This document shows, in pieces, positions 49,124-63,518 of a DNA stretch of 64,000 nucleotides. The DNA comes from Paraspadella gotoi (taxonomy: Eukaryota; Animalia; Chaetognatha). Location of the stretch: NCBI GenBank assembly GCA_051294375.1, contig CM119267.1, positions 3,925,260 through 3,989,259 of the forward strand. Reading direction: 5' to 3'. Under the pieces are notes generated by a model that saw only the letters and a program-made list of their open reading frames with translations, was not told the origin of the DNA and did not search any database. The translations under genes were made by a program, and so were the position numbers. Within the stretch, counting starts at the first letter, position 1; every line of letters begins with the position of its first letter.

Positions 49124-51100
49124 CTTTGAAAATCAATGGACGGCGAAAATGAATAGGTTACGCTCACAGCAATTTCGCGCCATTAAGACGCAGAGGCTCG
49201 AACTTTAAATTATTTATTTTCGAAAAAGGAAGCTATGCCGAGAAGTATGTACGTATGTAATACAAAATTTCACGATGCGGCATATATAACGTTTTCATTT
49301 TGTCTACAACTATTGCTCGATTGGAAATTTTCTTTCATGGCGTCAGTTACTTATTGATTAATGCGCCAAAACATCACTTTGATTTGCATATTGCAGGAAA
49401 TTTATTCATTTCTTTTTTTCAATTTTATTGATTGCTAATGCGCAACGTGATACAATATTTTCATCAATAATTATAAAAAGACACGTTAAAGTAATGTATA
49501 TGGATTTTCAATGGCTATTTAATAAGCTAATAATGCGCCCGGTTACTTTTTTTTTAACTAGGTTTTCGGTTACAAATCCATTTAAGTTTCGCATATATAT
49601 TTGTCCTGTTTTTCATCATTGCATCCATATATCGGCGTCAGTTTCCGGCCGATGCACCACTGTAAAATAATTTTATATGGTTTCCGTCTACGACGTTGAA
49701 AACCCGTGAAAACTGGCAATTATGGCAACGGGAGGATGTGACATCGCATGTACCGCATAGTTTGTATTAATATTGTTAATATCCTTTTTGATATCACTAA
49801 TAAAAATAACATCTTCCCCCTCACTCGGGACTGGCTTGGATCGGTCGCGGAAAGGTAAGTCAAACGCCAAATATCTGGTAAGCTCTCCACTCTCTTCCTT
49901 ATCCTTCACTTACTTTACCTCTCCTTACTAACCTACCAACCCGTCTCGTCTACCACCCCCCCCCTCGCCTCCCCCCCCTCCTCGCCACTTCCGCCTTTTT
50001 AATTGTTTCTCTCGCTTTGGTTTGGCGTCGTTAACAACAATCATGCCAGTCGTATTCTTGAGAAATTGCAAAACCAAGACGCCCGACGGGAGAATCGGCG
50101 GCGTGCTTCGGGGGGGCGGGGGTAGAGATTGAGGGGTGGGGTGAGTGAGCGGTGTGGGGTGTGGGGTGTAGGAAAGGGAACGGGTGGAGTTAAGAATTTG
50201 GGCATCATTTTACGAAAGCGCCCCATTTCTGTCTTTTTCACTCCTGAGCTTTATTTAACCATCAATTTTTTTTTAAATTTTAACCTTTAACTAAATCTTT
50301 AACCAGATTTTTAACCAACATAAAAGGCGATAGACCTTCTCATTTACCTCCTCCTCATCCTCCTCCCAGGGATTCGAGGCCGCGTTCTCGAGGTTCAGTT
50401 CACCTTTTTCTCTCTCTTCCTTATGATTTTATCGCGGTATAGCTAACTGTAACCCAATCTCTAACACTTTTTATTAATTATAATGCCTTGAATCCCGAAT
50501 CATATCTCCTAACTCTAATTCCTAACCGTAATCACTAACCCAAACCTAATCGCTAACTAAAATTTATTATATAACCTTTGAATATAAAAACAAACCTAAT
50601 TTAAGCTGAAATTGAACGAGTTTGGAAAATATTACCGAATTGGGGTTTGAGTCGGAGAGCGCGTGGGGTAGGAGTTTTCGGTTTTGGTGATTACGAAGGG
50701 CGAAGGTACTTAGGGACGTTACAGGCGTTTAAAGGTTCTTCAAGGATGTTGAAGTCGTTCCGAAGATTCGAGGAAAATGCGGCGGCCAGTCAAGGAGGTG
50801 TTTTCGTTTAGTCTTGAAGGATCTTTGCGGTCTGGCGGGGCAAAAGCCTAGCAGACGATAGGGACATTGAGAAGTGGTCTCGTTCAACGTTAAACGTCTG
50901 TTGGTCAGACCCAATTACGTTGTATTGCCAAGCATCGGCAGGCGTCGCCAGGTATCGCCAGGTATCGCGCATCGCCAGGCTTCGTCAGTTTTCGACTCAA
51001 ACTCCACTTTGCTTTTCGCCGAGAAAAATTCTTGCTCCTCGGCATTATAAGACTCGGGGGATATTGAGGAGAGGGAGGAGAGAGAGAGAGAGAGAGAGAG

Positions 51101-51146
<46 letters not shown>

Positions 51147-51294
51147 AGAGTTTGGCGCGTTAGTAGCGCGAATTGAGGGATATGGGGCGGATTAAGAGAA
51201 CGAGAGGAAGAAATAAAGAGTAAGAGAGAAAAGGAAAAATGTTAAGAGAGAAAAGGAGAAGAAATAAGAAGAGAAATGGATTAGAGAAAGAAGA

Positions 51295-51319
51295 AGAAAA
51301 AGAAGAAAGAAAGAAAGAA

Positions 51320-51375
<56 letters not shown>

Positions 51376-51403
51376 AAAGAAAGAAAGAAAAAAAAAAAAA
51401 AAA

Positions 51404-51434
<31 letters not shown>

Positions 51435-51585
51435 ATAAATAAATAAATAATAAAATAATAAATAAATAAATAAATAAATAAATAAATTAATTAATTTTAA
51501 AAAAAATAAATAAATAAATAACTAAATAAATAAATAACTAAATAAATAAACAAATAAATAAATAAATAAATAAATAAATAAAGAA
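51295..51585. repeat. Compound (AAAG)n-(A)n-(AAAT)n microsatellite
   Basis: Direct inspection; similar runs at 53571-53659 (AAAG) and 54200-54306 (TTTA). Confidence 0.95.
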
Positions 51586-52968
51586 CAAATAATAAACAAA
51601 TCAAGAGAAAAAGAAAGAAAGCAAGAGAAAAAGATTTTCAACAATTCCTTCCTCATTTCTCTCCCACATTTTTTTTTCTTTCTTCGGATCTCGAGATGAA
51701 ATCATTTTTCTTTTGAGGCGAAACTTTTTGGTTAATGATGCTTGGTATTGGCCATCGAGGGTCGGGCAATCGCTCGCTCTTTTTAACGTTGGGAAATATC
51801 GCTATCGCTGTTGGTTGCGCTCGCTTCTCACTTTGCAATACACACACCGCGTCTGACACACACACACTCTCTCTCTCTCTCACTCTCTCTGTATCACTCA
51901 ATACGGTGGGTAAGGGGAATTTCGGAAATGGTGTTACTTCAGGACACTCTTCCACTACAATTCAAAATCCATCTTGTATTATCAATATTGAAAGTAAGAA
52001 ACTGTGGAAAAAAAAGGACAAATAAAAATGATAAAATGGGAAACAAGTTTAAAAAAAAGAACGATCGACAAAATACAAAAATAATATATAATACAAAATA
52101 GAATACAAAAAAAGGGAGAATATGACAAAATATGACAACACAACAGCTTAAATTCTGAAAATAAACAGAAATGTTCTATTGAAGAGAAAAGTATAAGAAG
52201 GGTCCAACAATCCATTATATAGTTATAAAATTTTTCAATCATAAGATATTGGTCGGTCGCATTGGAGGTCGGCATGTCGTTATTTTATCTTTTACGTCGG
52301 TATTTTTTTTCTCGCTATGGTTAAAACATTTCATAAATCTAGAAATGGATTTTAGTTATAGTCAATACTCAATAGGTATTAGAAAAAGGAATTCAACTTC
52401 TAACTCTAAGTTAAAAGAAGATAGATACAGTAGCATCCGTCTAGAATTTCTGAGACGGCAAGCTCTGTAACTCGAGTGCAAATGATAATTTGAAAGAGAG
52501 TTTTTGTCTTGTTATCGAATCCACATATGGCTACTCCCCCTTCGGTAAGCCATTGCTCTATGATCAATTTTGGGACATCAGAACTTATTGTAAAAAATAT
52601 CTACTGCCAGATTTGAACATGAAACCTTTTCGATACGTTGAAATCCGGCGCGCTAAGCACTCGGCCAAATCATTTTTTTGTAAATCATTTGGCAAATGAT
52701 TTACAAAAAAATTTTGTTCAATTTAAATTATATAAAGCTGTTGGTTCGCTTTTAATTTTTTTGGGGGAAACAAAAAATGTATTAATGTTAACAAAGATTT
52801 CGACATCCGAGTCCCAAGTTTCCCGATTCGCGACGAAATGTCGCGACGACGATAATTAATACGAAGAAGAAAGCGAATATCTGGCTTATTTTTAACATTT
52901 GAAATTGAGGAAAAGTCAGAGGCAGTTAAGCCGCGACGTCGAACGTTTTCACCTTGCTTTTAAGGTGT

Positions 52969-53085
52969 TGTGGACTATCAACTATAACACGCAACCTCGG
53001 TCAAACCAATTGACCTTTCTTTCGACCTTACCCTCGATTGTTTAACGATTCTCTTGACGGTCAAATTTTGACCTTGTAAATACCA
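52969..53085 (+). mobile_element. 3'-truncated solo LTR related to the 6750-12564 Gypsy element
   Basis: TGTGGAC...AACACGCAACCTCGGTCAAACCA...ACCTTACCCTCGAT...TTTGACCTTGTAAATACCA aligns to 6750-6865 with scattered substitutions. Confidence 0.85.
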
Positions 53086-53571
53086 CCAACTTGAATATCC
53101 GGCGGAGATATAGTACTATATTTTATAGTACTACAATATAAAATTATTGGCTGTGATGGGTTAAAGCCTCAAGCCGTCTTACTGTGATCTGCAAGCTTTC
53201 AATCAAAACTCAAAACTCAAATCAAAAGTGTAATTTAAAGAACCCTATCAACGAAGTGGTTCATTGTTTTTTTCTATCTCAATTGTATAAAAAGACCCAA
53301 AAAGTCCCAAACAGATTATTTTTAAAATTCTCATCCACGAACCAAAATATCGATGACTAAGTTTTACTTTTCTCTCGCCATCGTAATTCTTAGGTCGTCT
53401 TCGTTTTTCCCCACCCCTTTGTCGAAATGCTCTCTTGGGGCTTTTTGCTTATGAGCACCTCGTCTTGTGTGAGAGAGAGAGAGAAAGAGAGAGAGAGAGA
53501 TCGTCTTTCAGCTCTTCAGCTTCCCATTATACATAATGTTAGGACGCGATTTGAATCCATCCGGGCTTAAA

Positions 53572-53659
<88 letters not shown>

Positions 53660-53832
53660 ACAGAAATGGAAAGAGGACGGACAGATGGAAAAAAGGTTTT
53701 ATTAAGTCTGATTAAGGCCAAAGAAAGTCCTCAAGATGCATTCGCTTTTCGCATCTAAAAAAAGAATCTGGATTTTTTTCTCTATCTCCGTCTCAGTCTC
53801 AGTCTCAGTCTCAGTCTCTGTCTCTGTCTCTG

Positions 53833-53868
<36 letters not shown>

Positions 53869-54010
53869 TCTGTTCCCCCCCTCACCTCCCCTCTCCTCAT
53901 CCGAACTCTTTAGATGCGCAACGTCTCCTCTTCGGGTCTTCGGCTCAAACCTAATCACGTGACACATTATGACGGAATTTTTCGATTCTGTCGCGTGTGA
54001 CGCTGGCGTG

Positions 54011-54110
54011 CGACGCCGGATGACGCCACCCGACGCCGGATGACGCCACCCGACGCCGGATGGGGCCGAACGACGCCGCCTGACGCCACACGACGCCGAC
54101 CGACGTCGCC
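54011..54110. repeat. 10/20-bp GC-rich minisatellite (CGACGCCGGATGACGCCACC)
   Basis: YGACGCC recurs every 10 bp, about ten times. Confidence 0.85.
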
Positions 54111-54200
54111 CAGATTCGCATGACGGCTTCGTGACGAAGAAAAGGCGCTTGGAAACCACTACTATTCGTTTTCCTTTTATCTTTCTTTTTGTCCTTTTTT

Positions 54201-54308
<108 letters not shown>

Positions 54309-55526
54309 TTTTTTTTATTTATTATTTCATTTTTTATTTAATCATATATTCAATTATTCATTATATAAATGTCAAGCAGACTACACTCAAAAGCCCTAAA
54401 ATTAATAAACCCATTTCTATTTCATAAAATTATAAAAAAATTACGATAATAAAACCGTTTCGAGAGATTTTCCAACCGCCGTAAAAAAAATTCGCTGAAA
54501 ATCCACGTCGTCATATTTTTTTTTATTTCAATTTTTTTTAAAATTCCCTCTCGTGTTCAGTAATAATATTTTTTCCGCTTTCTTCGCGTTAACGATATTT
54601 TCTCAACGACGTGTTTCTTTTCTCATTCTCTCCCTCTCGGTCGTGCGTCATCCGTCTCATCCTCTCGTCGTCATCCGCCGGTCCGATCTCTCATGCCTCT
54701 CGGTCGTCTCTTCCTCTCCGTCATGGCTCTCAGTCAATCGATCTGCTCGTCTCGTCTCTCTCTGCTCTCTCTCTAGTCTTCTTCGCCTTTGTGTTCCTGT
54801 TGTTTTTCCCCCCCCCTCCGGCGAAGCCAGTGGCGCGGCGAGTTTTTATGCTCTTCTTATGAAAATCTTTGGCTCGGAAGAAAAGGCGACTCTGGTGGCG
54901 GTCTCTGACGACGAAACGAGAAAAGAGAAGCCAACTCGTGCGAAGAATTAAACAAGGGAACAACGCGACGACGACGACGACGCGGGAAAAGTGAGCACAT
55001 TTCTTTGGGTCTATCGCACATTAAAGATAAGAGGACGACGACGAACAAAAAGAACAACTCAAATCGTTCCCTTACTATTCACGCTACGCAATTGTTCTTT
55101 AATCCGCCCACACAAAAAAGAGTCTTAAGCCGCAACTCCCCAACTCCCCAACAGCTCCCCACATCTCCCCAACTCGCTGACTTTTCACCCAGTTTCTTCT
55201 GCGCCCCTCCACTTGCTCGGATCTCCACTCGGCGGTCTTAAGTCCCTTCCGCCCGCAGCGGCGGTCCCACGATTTTTTTTTTCCGCCCCAGTCTTAAGCT
55301 TTTTAAAGCCACGAGTCATTCCTCGCCTTCCAGTCCCGAGCCCCGCAGCCTCAACACTTTTTTTCTTTACCGGTCCCTCTTCCACACCCCAATCCGGATC
55401 CAACTGCCACGCCCCCTTCACTTCCGGTTTCGATCGTCTTCTGCGCCATAAACTTTTTTCACGGTTTCTACTTCTTCGGCGTCGACGATTTCCGCTGATT
55501 AAGCATCTATTATGTCCCGCGCGTTA

Positions 55527-56080
55527 ACGACAACGAAGACGACGACAAACTAAGACGACGACGACGAAGAAGATGAGGACGACGACGACGACGACGAAGA
55601 CGACGACAAACGAAGATGAGGACGACAACGTCGACGAAGATGAGGACGATGACGACGACGAAGACGACGATGACGACGACAAACAAAGATACGACGAAGA
55701 TGAGGACGACGAAGAGGACGATGACGACGACAAACATAGATACGACGAAGATGAGGACGATGACGACGACGAAGAGGACGATGATGACGAAGAGGATGGC
55801 GACGAAGACGAGGATTATATAGACGGAGGATGACGATGATGACGACAACAAAGACTGAGATGACGACGATAAGAGGACGATGACGACAAAGACGATGTAA
55901 CAAAGATGAGGAAGAGGACGATGACGACGACAAAGAGGATGATGACAAAGACGAAGAGAACAATGATGTAGACAACGATGATGACGAAGACAAGGAGGAC
56001 GTTGACGACAACGAGGAAGAGGACAATTATGATGTCTAGGAAGATGGCGGAGTGAAAGATGGGATGACAAAAACGATGAT
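55527..56080. repeat. Degenerate (GAC/GAT/GAA)n trinucleotide array
   Basis: Imperfect triplet repeat with a ~57-bp higher-order unit; the D/E-rich frame is interrupted by stops. Confidence 0.85.
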
Positions 56081-59000
56081 TAAGTCTAAGACGACGCTAA
56101 TTTTAATGCTATATTATTATATTATTATATTATATTATTATATTATTAATTTAGTAATTTAGTAATTAGATATTATTTCGAAATAATATCGCATTAATAT
56201 TAAAGTTTGAGATCAAATAAATTAAGTGTTTTCCTCGGAATTATCTGATAGAAGAACAGAGTCAGAGAACAGGCGAATGGATCGACGAAAGTCCCAAGAA
56301 CATCACGTATTCATCCTCGCAAAGTGTTCTTTTTTTTTCCAAAGCTGTCGAAACTGTTTTGGAATACGTCCACGAGAGGCGGACGAGGCTGATAAACCGA
56401 ATAAACAAATGATTATAGTAAAGAGTAAATAGTTTATGAAATTGGTACAACCAATATAAAAATTATCCATTCATTTAATAACTAAGCTATTTTGCCACTG
56501 ACTTTGGAGAGGCTTTGGTGGTTTAAGCCCTCCATCACTCTTACAGGATAATGACATAGCAGGTCCCTGCAAGCTTTCAATCAAGACTCTCTTAGATAAA
56601 ATCTAACTAATAATAAAAATAAAAATAAAAATAAAAATAATAGACATATATATAGATTTTAATATTCGGATTGCATTCATTAATTTCTCGTGATAAAAAA
56701 ATATCTATTTTTCAACTGCCGGCTAAAAGTTTTTTTTTCGGTTGAATGAGATAAAGCTGTTAATATGATAAGGCGCGAGTTGAGCCACTTACCATCGTCA
56801 TCTTAATTCATCTTGTTATTGGGGGTTTTTCCGTAATTATTGTTGAGCAATGAACATTATTATATAGCTATTATTTTCCGCCTTTTCAGTTCAATAAAAA
56901 AATAGACTTTCGGTTTCATTGACGTTGTTTGTTTCTCTTTGTCTAAATTAATCAGAGTAACTAACTTGCGTATTTCCTAAGATAACTCGGCTGTCAAATC
57001 AATCAATCTGGTCAAGAGTAGATAAAAAGTTTTTTGGTGAGAAGAACGATAAAATACAACACGTTATAAGATCGCTACCCATACTGACAGCATTTTTTAT
57101 GTAACGCAAATTGATAAGTGAAGCAGTTACAATGTTTTTATGAGTTTAGGAAAGCACATCCTAATCAAAGAAGATACATATATGTACAATTTGGAGGCAA
57201 AGATATAACAACATCCTAAAGAGATAGTATACAATTTACTGCATTTAATAAATAAGTGCTACTGTGCGTTTAATGTAATTTTTGCGTAACTTTTTTTTCG
57301 TTTTTGAAGCGGTCATCATGCCCCAAGATTTTCATTTTAAATCACAATACAGTATTGGGCTCGTGGTTTGTCATATTGTGGTAAAACTCTTTAACAACAA
57401 AAAAGTTTTATTCAAAAACTGTGTTGAAACATGCAAAAGATTCTGAACATGTTTGTGCAAGGGAAATGTGAATAAAATTACATCACCATTTATTCCCTAT
57501 ATTTCCTAATTCCATTGCTTCATTTTTTTGTTAGAGCTAAAAAAGTGGTAATTTGAAAACAATTTTTTTTTAGTTCTTTTTCTTTAGGATTAAAATTTTA
57601 AAACATGAATAGCTTTGTGCGTGAAAAAGGATAGAATTTTTTTTATAGATGTTTCTGCCCATCAAGTAAGTTCATCAACAAAACCTGAACTTTCTGTGAT
57701 GTTTGTTAATTGTAAAATGAGATAAATAAAAGATTCCCCTTACACCATCTTTTTAATTTTTTAAGGAAGTGACCACTACAGTAAGTTTAAAGACCAATCA
57801 GAACGTTTCTAATGTAATAACTCTATTAAAACACATCCATACAAAAAAAATAACACAAAGCTACTTTAAATTTGTCATATCCTCTAATAAGTTATAAAGT
57901 GAGTATCTGTCAGAATCATTGTAATGAATAATCTATCTTTTAGTATTCCGCATTTTTCTGAGAATTAGTAAACAAATATTTTCAAAAATATGAATTAATA
58001 TTAATGACAATTATAACCATTGATAGATCATGTACACTTAATAATAAGTAGTAACAGAACAAAGTAGGGAAACTAAATAATCAACATCATGTACAAACCA
58101 ATAGATTTACTATCTGTTATTTTAGGGTGATAATTCCAATATTCTTTAAAAACTTAAACTCGTTAGAACGCAGAGGCTTTATGGTAGAGCATGTTGAACC
58201 AAAAATATAATTACATACTCAATGTAAATTATTTAACAACTTCATTTAACTGTAATGAAGTAAACTTTGTTGGGGACAAACACAAAATAGTTATGAATCA
58301 CTAAAACTGAATTTCGAGCCATACAGTCTCTAAATTCTAACATACATATAACACATCAAATGTAGACGCTCACCCTAGTATTCACTCAATTATGTGTAAT
58401 GCATAAGGAGAGAGGATGAAGAAACCAGCTTGTATTACTGAATATAGAATAGGCCATTCGCTGACCCTTATCACTTTTTTCAAGCTGGATACATTTTGGG
58501 CTGACACCATCACTTTTCTGCAGACTTTAAGACATTTTTTATGTCATTTTGATCTCTCCATTGACATTTTTATTGATGATAAGCTGAGATAAGTATTAAC
58601 TTTTTTGGAGAACTTTCAGAATAGAGGACACGTTTTTGACCCACATCAACCTGTTGGCGGCGCTCATGGTTCACAACCGTTGTGGAGATAAAGCTTAGCT
58701 CAATCATTTCGCTTTATGATTCCATTCATTGGAAGCATATCAATCAATGATTAAACAATAAATATCTCCTAGTTGAGCTTAAAAACTAAAAGTCCTAGTC
58801 AAATTTTTTTTTTTGCTGATCTTACAAATAGATATAACGTGAAACATATGCTACTTTTTCTAGGACCAATAGTTAAAACCTTTTTAATATCCTGCTTTTT
58901 TTCATGAAATAAATTTTAAAATGAAATTAGTTGGTGCTCTATATAGAGATAGTGGTGTATGACACTTTAAGCACAAGGTTAAAAGGAATCCCGCTTATGT

Positions 59001-62000
59001 TTGACAGTTAGAACTACCAGTTTGATGAGCAATTCCAATGTGCAATTGTCCGTAGCTCGATTCCTGTGAAAACTTATTTGGTTTAATCTCAAGTGTCAAA
59101 TCAAACCAAATCAATGTACATGTGCATTTAAATAAACAGGGGTAGTGATCATATGTCGCTTCATACTCAAATCAGGTGCCACATGAGGCAAATGAATGAT
59201 CTGTATTTTGCTGGAAGCCCTTAGGTTAACCAGCGAACAAAACATTTGTTCTAAAACATTGGATTGCATCGGTTTCACATTTAAACTATTAAGTCATAAA
59301 AAAGTTAAAATTAAAAAAATCGTTCAGGATCAGGCACAAATTATAAGGTCTTAAGAAGCTCAGGAGTAAGGGACAATACATGGGCATAACAATAATTTTG
59401 CCCTCTACTAACAAATAATCATTAGCATTCTAAGGTGAAGGTTCAATAAATAATGCAAATGAAATGAAACCCTAGCTTAAAGAAATACATGACTGAGCAG
59501 GGTTGTATTTATAACAAAAACACACAACAGTGTGCCCTCGATTAATCTATCAAGTTCAGGAAACAGTATGCAACTTTCCTGCCAATTGATCCTTGACAAT
59601 GCTTTTACAAAGATCATATGGATGAAGGGCACTAGTAAAATGTTTTTTTTCTATATTTGCAATTACTTTTCTACTTCTATTGTGTTTAAGTTAATTTGGA
59701 CACCAGAAAATTACAAACAAGATGTTTCAAGCATTTGTTAGTGGACTAAGCACATCATTGTTTGTTCACAGCTGATTATTGTGATATCTGATCAAAATTA
59801 CCATTCATGACTTATGTTTTATCAACATAACATACCCTATACTAAACAGTTAGATGTCAGTTTGTTAAGATCTAAACTATACTGTTAAAATCCGCAGGTT
59901 ATTTTGATCATGTTTATAAAAATAATTTTTCTCTATTATTTTTTTGCGATGATGATGTTAATTTATCACCGCATTGCACTCACAAAAAAGATTATTCCCT
60001 AACTATGCCGTTAAGTGTAACAACTCTGTGCATTATGAGCAGGAGGAAAACAAAACCAACATTTGGCTTATTAAAATGTTTGATGGTAATGGTACAATTT
60101 TATAAAAACCGTGCTTCACAACACATCCAATAAAAAGGACGAACGAATCAGAATCGGGTGCTTATGGATGATTAAAGGAAGGTTATGCCCTCTACTGGAA
60201 TTCCTCTATGAATCCATGATATGGATTCGTTTTTAAGAAGGATATTTTTTATACCTGATGACGCCAAGACAAGTTATTCCAAAACCTTGTAAACAAATTA
60301 TAACATGAAGCCAGAAGTAAACTAGAAATAAGCTGTATAATACTGAAATAACAAAAATTTATTGCTTAACTTGCTACAGATCAATAAAGCACCTGAAAAT
60401 TAAGAACAGCGTTTTCTATCACTACATGGATATGTGACTAGATAAAAAGTTAGTTTGGATAAGGCTAATAATAATAGAGAGCAACTTAATCATGAGAGCA
60501 ACCTATCTAAAAAAATCAATGCTTTTGGCCACTTTCTAAATCAAGTATTTTTTATTGTTCCTTCTTGAATTTAAGTTTAGTTTTAGCCCGTTATTTCATT
60601 CAGAAAAAGCTAAGAGTTATGTTTTAGAATACATTTATCAATATTTCAATTTTTCTTTTAATCTTTAAATATTTTGATTTTAGCACGTTAAATTTTATTT
60701 TAGTAGTTAAAAAAATTTGCCAACCTAAATTTTATCTATTGAATAAAGTATAAACTTAAACAAAATAATGTTCTCTAACTCTTTCTGAGTGAAATAATGA
60801 CCATAGATAACTGTAGAATATGTCATAGAGGCATAATTTAATGAAGGCACCATTTTAAGTGATGTGTTATTAAAGAAAGAAAAATGTAGGAACTAAGAGT
60901 GAAATAATAATAAATAAATGATAGCGTGCGGGTACCAAATAAAAAGACTACTATGGTAATATTTTAGTATTCTGCTGAGAAGAAAAAAAAGTGATGCCTT
61001 CAAAGTGCTGTAACTAAAAATAATCAAGCAAACAGAGGTATAGGTAGAGTACATTGTATGCATCTTACCAGCATAGTTTAGTCTAGATTGCGGGTGATAT
61101 GATACGATTCCGTTAAGTATATTTATGCACAATAATTTCTACATAGCCTGGCACGAAAAATTCACATTAATATTTTACATAGAAGATGGCATGATCTTTT
61201 AATTTTTTTCTTTGAAACTACATTACAATCATCCATTATCACAACAGAGTAAGTTAGAAAATATTGTGTTATGAGGACAACTGCATGTTCTCCATAGTTT
61301 TGGACATGAAGAAGTACATTTACATCGTCAGAAGTAGATGTCAGCAATTTAACATCGTACACTCATCATCCTAAAGTTTACATAAGATTTAATCATAATG
61401 TAAACGTGTCTATTCTTTCGCAAATCACCCGGAAAACCAGATGAGTACATCGTTCCTTCACTATCACTCCCTGGGATTAACTAAAATCCCAATTTTATTC
61501 ACTGAGTAATGTTTCTTGAGAATTTAGTTTTGTTATAGTATTTTATGGAAGGTACAGCTTATGACCCACTTGAAAACAGATATTTTAATATTTGACAATA
61601 TTCTTGCTGCATCATAACAAAGGATAAAACACTCAGCCACTTCTTGTCCACTCATCTGTTCATCCACTTCTTCTCTCTGTTTTTAAAAGATGTCTTTTTC
61701 CCGCTCAAAATAAATCCTTGAACCCAATAAAGAATTTAAAGCAGAGGAAATAAGAGGATGACTGACCCAGTGAAAGTATTTGCATTCAATGGATCATTGA
61801 TCAAGACAGTCATAAGCATGCCACATTTTAAACTTATATAAACTTCTAAAACATTTTTTTTTAAACGAGAGAAATATTTCTGATTATTAAAAAGTTTAAA
61901 AAAAAATTTTTTAAACAAATCTATCCTTTCTAAATATATACTATAAAAAAGAGTTGCGTAAACTATGTAAAGTAGATTTTAAATAATCTTTAATATTATT

Positions 62001-62619
62001 TTAGTTACGATGATAAAAGTTAAAGTCACAATCTCGCTATTCAAATCACTTAATGCAAAAGCGCATATTTTCCCTTTTCAATTGATGTGCTAGCAAAATA
62101 GTCTTTGTCCATTTTAAAGGCTAATAAGTTAAAAAAATACCTAAATTTTTAAGTTTTTTTTTTTTTTTTTTAGGGATACAATCTTCATTAGTAGTTACTC
62201 AGTCATGTGATGAAGAAAGAATATGAAAATTCCAGTAGACCATAAAAGCGTCGAGATTGGTAGTAAAATGGCAGACAAGGCAATTGAGTTGTTGATATAC
62301 GTCTTGGCTTAGTTTTGATTTTGTCACTGAAACAAATTATCGTGCGATTTTTATCAAATTCAAACAACAGTTTTACTGCGTTAAAATATAGTTTATTTAC
62401 GTAATTGAGAGCGAAAGAAAAAAAAAATATATATATATAAAAGATACAGGAAAGGACCTCTGAGAACGCGGAAGCTAAAATCTGAAGCCTTAAATTGCGA
62501 AGTTCTCTCGCTATATTTAAACCCAAATGCAATCTTCAGAATACTGCATTCTGTATACAGTATACTGCATAGCCCTTCTTGGTGCTCTGAACAGATACCT
62601 GAATCAGTAGGCGGTGTAT

Positions 62620-62784
62620 TCATTTGTAGTAAACAAGCCAATAAACAAAGTTGAAGAGTAGAAACGCGGTGGGAAAAAATATCCGAGAAAATTTGTCTAC
62701 TAGTTTAGCGTGGAGTCGTCTGTTGATGGCTCGCCTCAAGTTGGCTACGCCGTGTCGTGACTGAGCTTTCTTCGGTTTTCCATC
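62620..62784 (-). CDS. Terminal exon (M3-M4 loop end + TM4) of Cys-loop ligand-gated chloride channel
   Basis: ttttctAG acceptor, phase 0; DGKPKKAQ...HAKLVDKFSRIFFPTAFLLFNFVYWLVYYK* matches the D-x-x-S-R-x-x-F-P...FN-x-x-YW TM4 signature; 165 nt. Absent from the ORF track. Confidence 0.93.
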   Translation of the reverse strand, partial: DGKPKKAQSRHGVANLRRAINRRLHAKLVDKFSRIFFPTAFLLFNFVYWLVYYK

Positions 62785-63063
62785 CTAGAAAACAAATTAA
62801 ATAGTCATTTAATTTAATTTAATCGAAATTAGAACGTTTTTTTCATCCATAAGACATTTGCAATTATACTGTAGTAAAACTCATCAATTCTAGTGACTGA
62901 AAGAACAAATTAAGAAGTGCTCATATTATAGCATGAATTTCTAGTGATTCGAAATCATCTCAGAAAATGGACGATAGATGGATCAGATTGTCAATCAGAA
63001 GAAAAGACGGAAAAGCCATTCGGTTTTCTCACATTCATCTAGCGGTCCATTTCCTGCAACGAT

Positions 63064-63120
63064 ATAGCCATTAGCCAATAGCCATTAGCCAATAGCCATT
63101 AGCCATTAGCCAATAGCCAT
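63064..63120. repeat. 7-bp tandem repeat (TAGCCAW)x8 in intron
   Basis: TAGCCAT/TAGCCAA units. Confidence 0.9.
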
Positions 63121-63518
63121 ACAGCCTGTCCAAAGGCGCGAGAGAGTTTGTTTATTAAATGAATAAATGAATATGTGTTGATTGCAGTTTTTTATTTCTA
63201 TTATTAATTATTAGAGCCGTGGTCCCTCTGCCCTTTACTGTAGCAACTTATACTCATGCATTATTATATTATTATAATTATACATTATACATTATTTTTG
63301 GGTATATGTTTTACACTTTTAATTAAAAAAAAATGAATAAAAATATTTATATTGGTTGTACCAATTTCATCGAAAACTATCCTTATATACATTAATTATC
63401 ATAGGCACTGAATTTAATGTTAAATCATCTGAAAAAATGCTTAAAATGCTACGGACGGACGGACAGACGGACAGACAGAGTACGTCTCGTCCGTGATTCC
63501 CCCCCCCTCCGTATTCAC

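Noticed and set aside
55510-56070. Acidic D/E-rich protein exon
   Set aside because: Degenerate triplet repeat with in-frame stops and no credible splice sites.
63441-63518. ORF-track extension of the channel exon (VNTEGGG...SVCPSVRPS)
   Set aside because: Read-through into the intron past the CCG|GTGAAT donor; it runs into a (GACG/GACA)n microsatellite.
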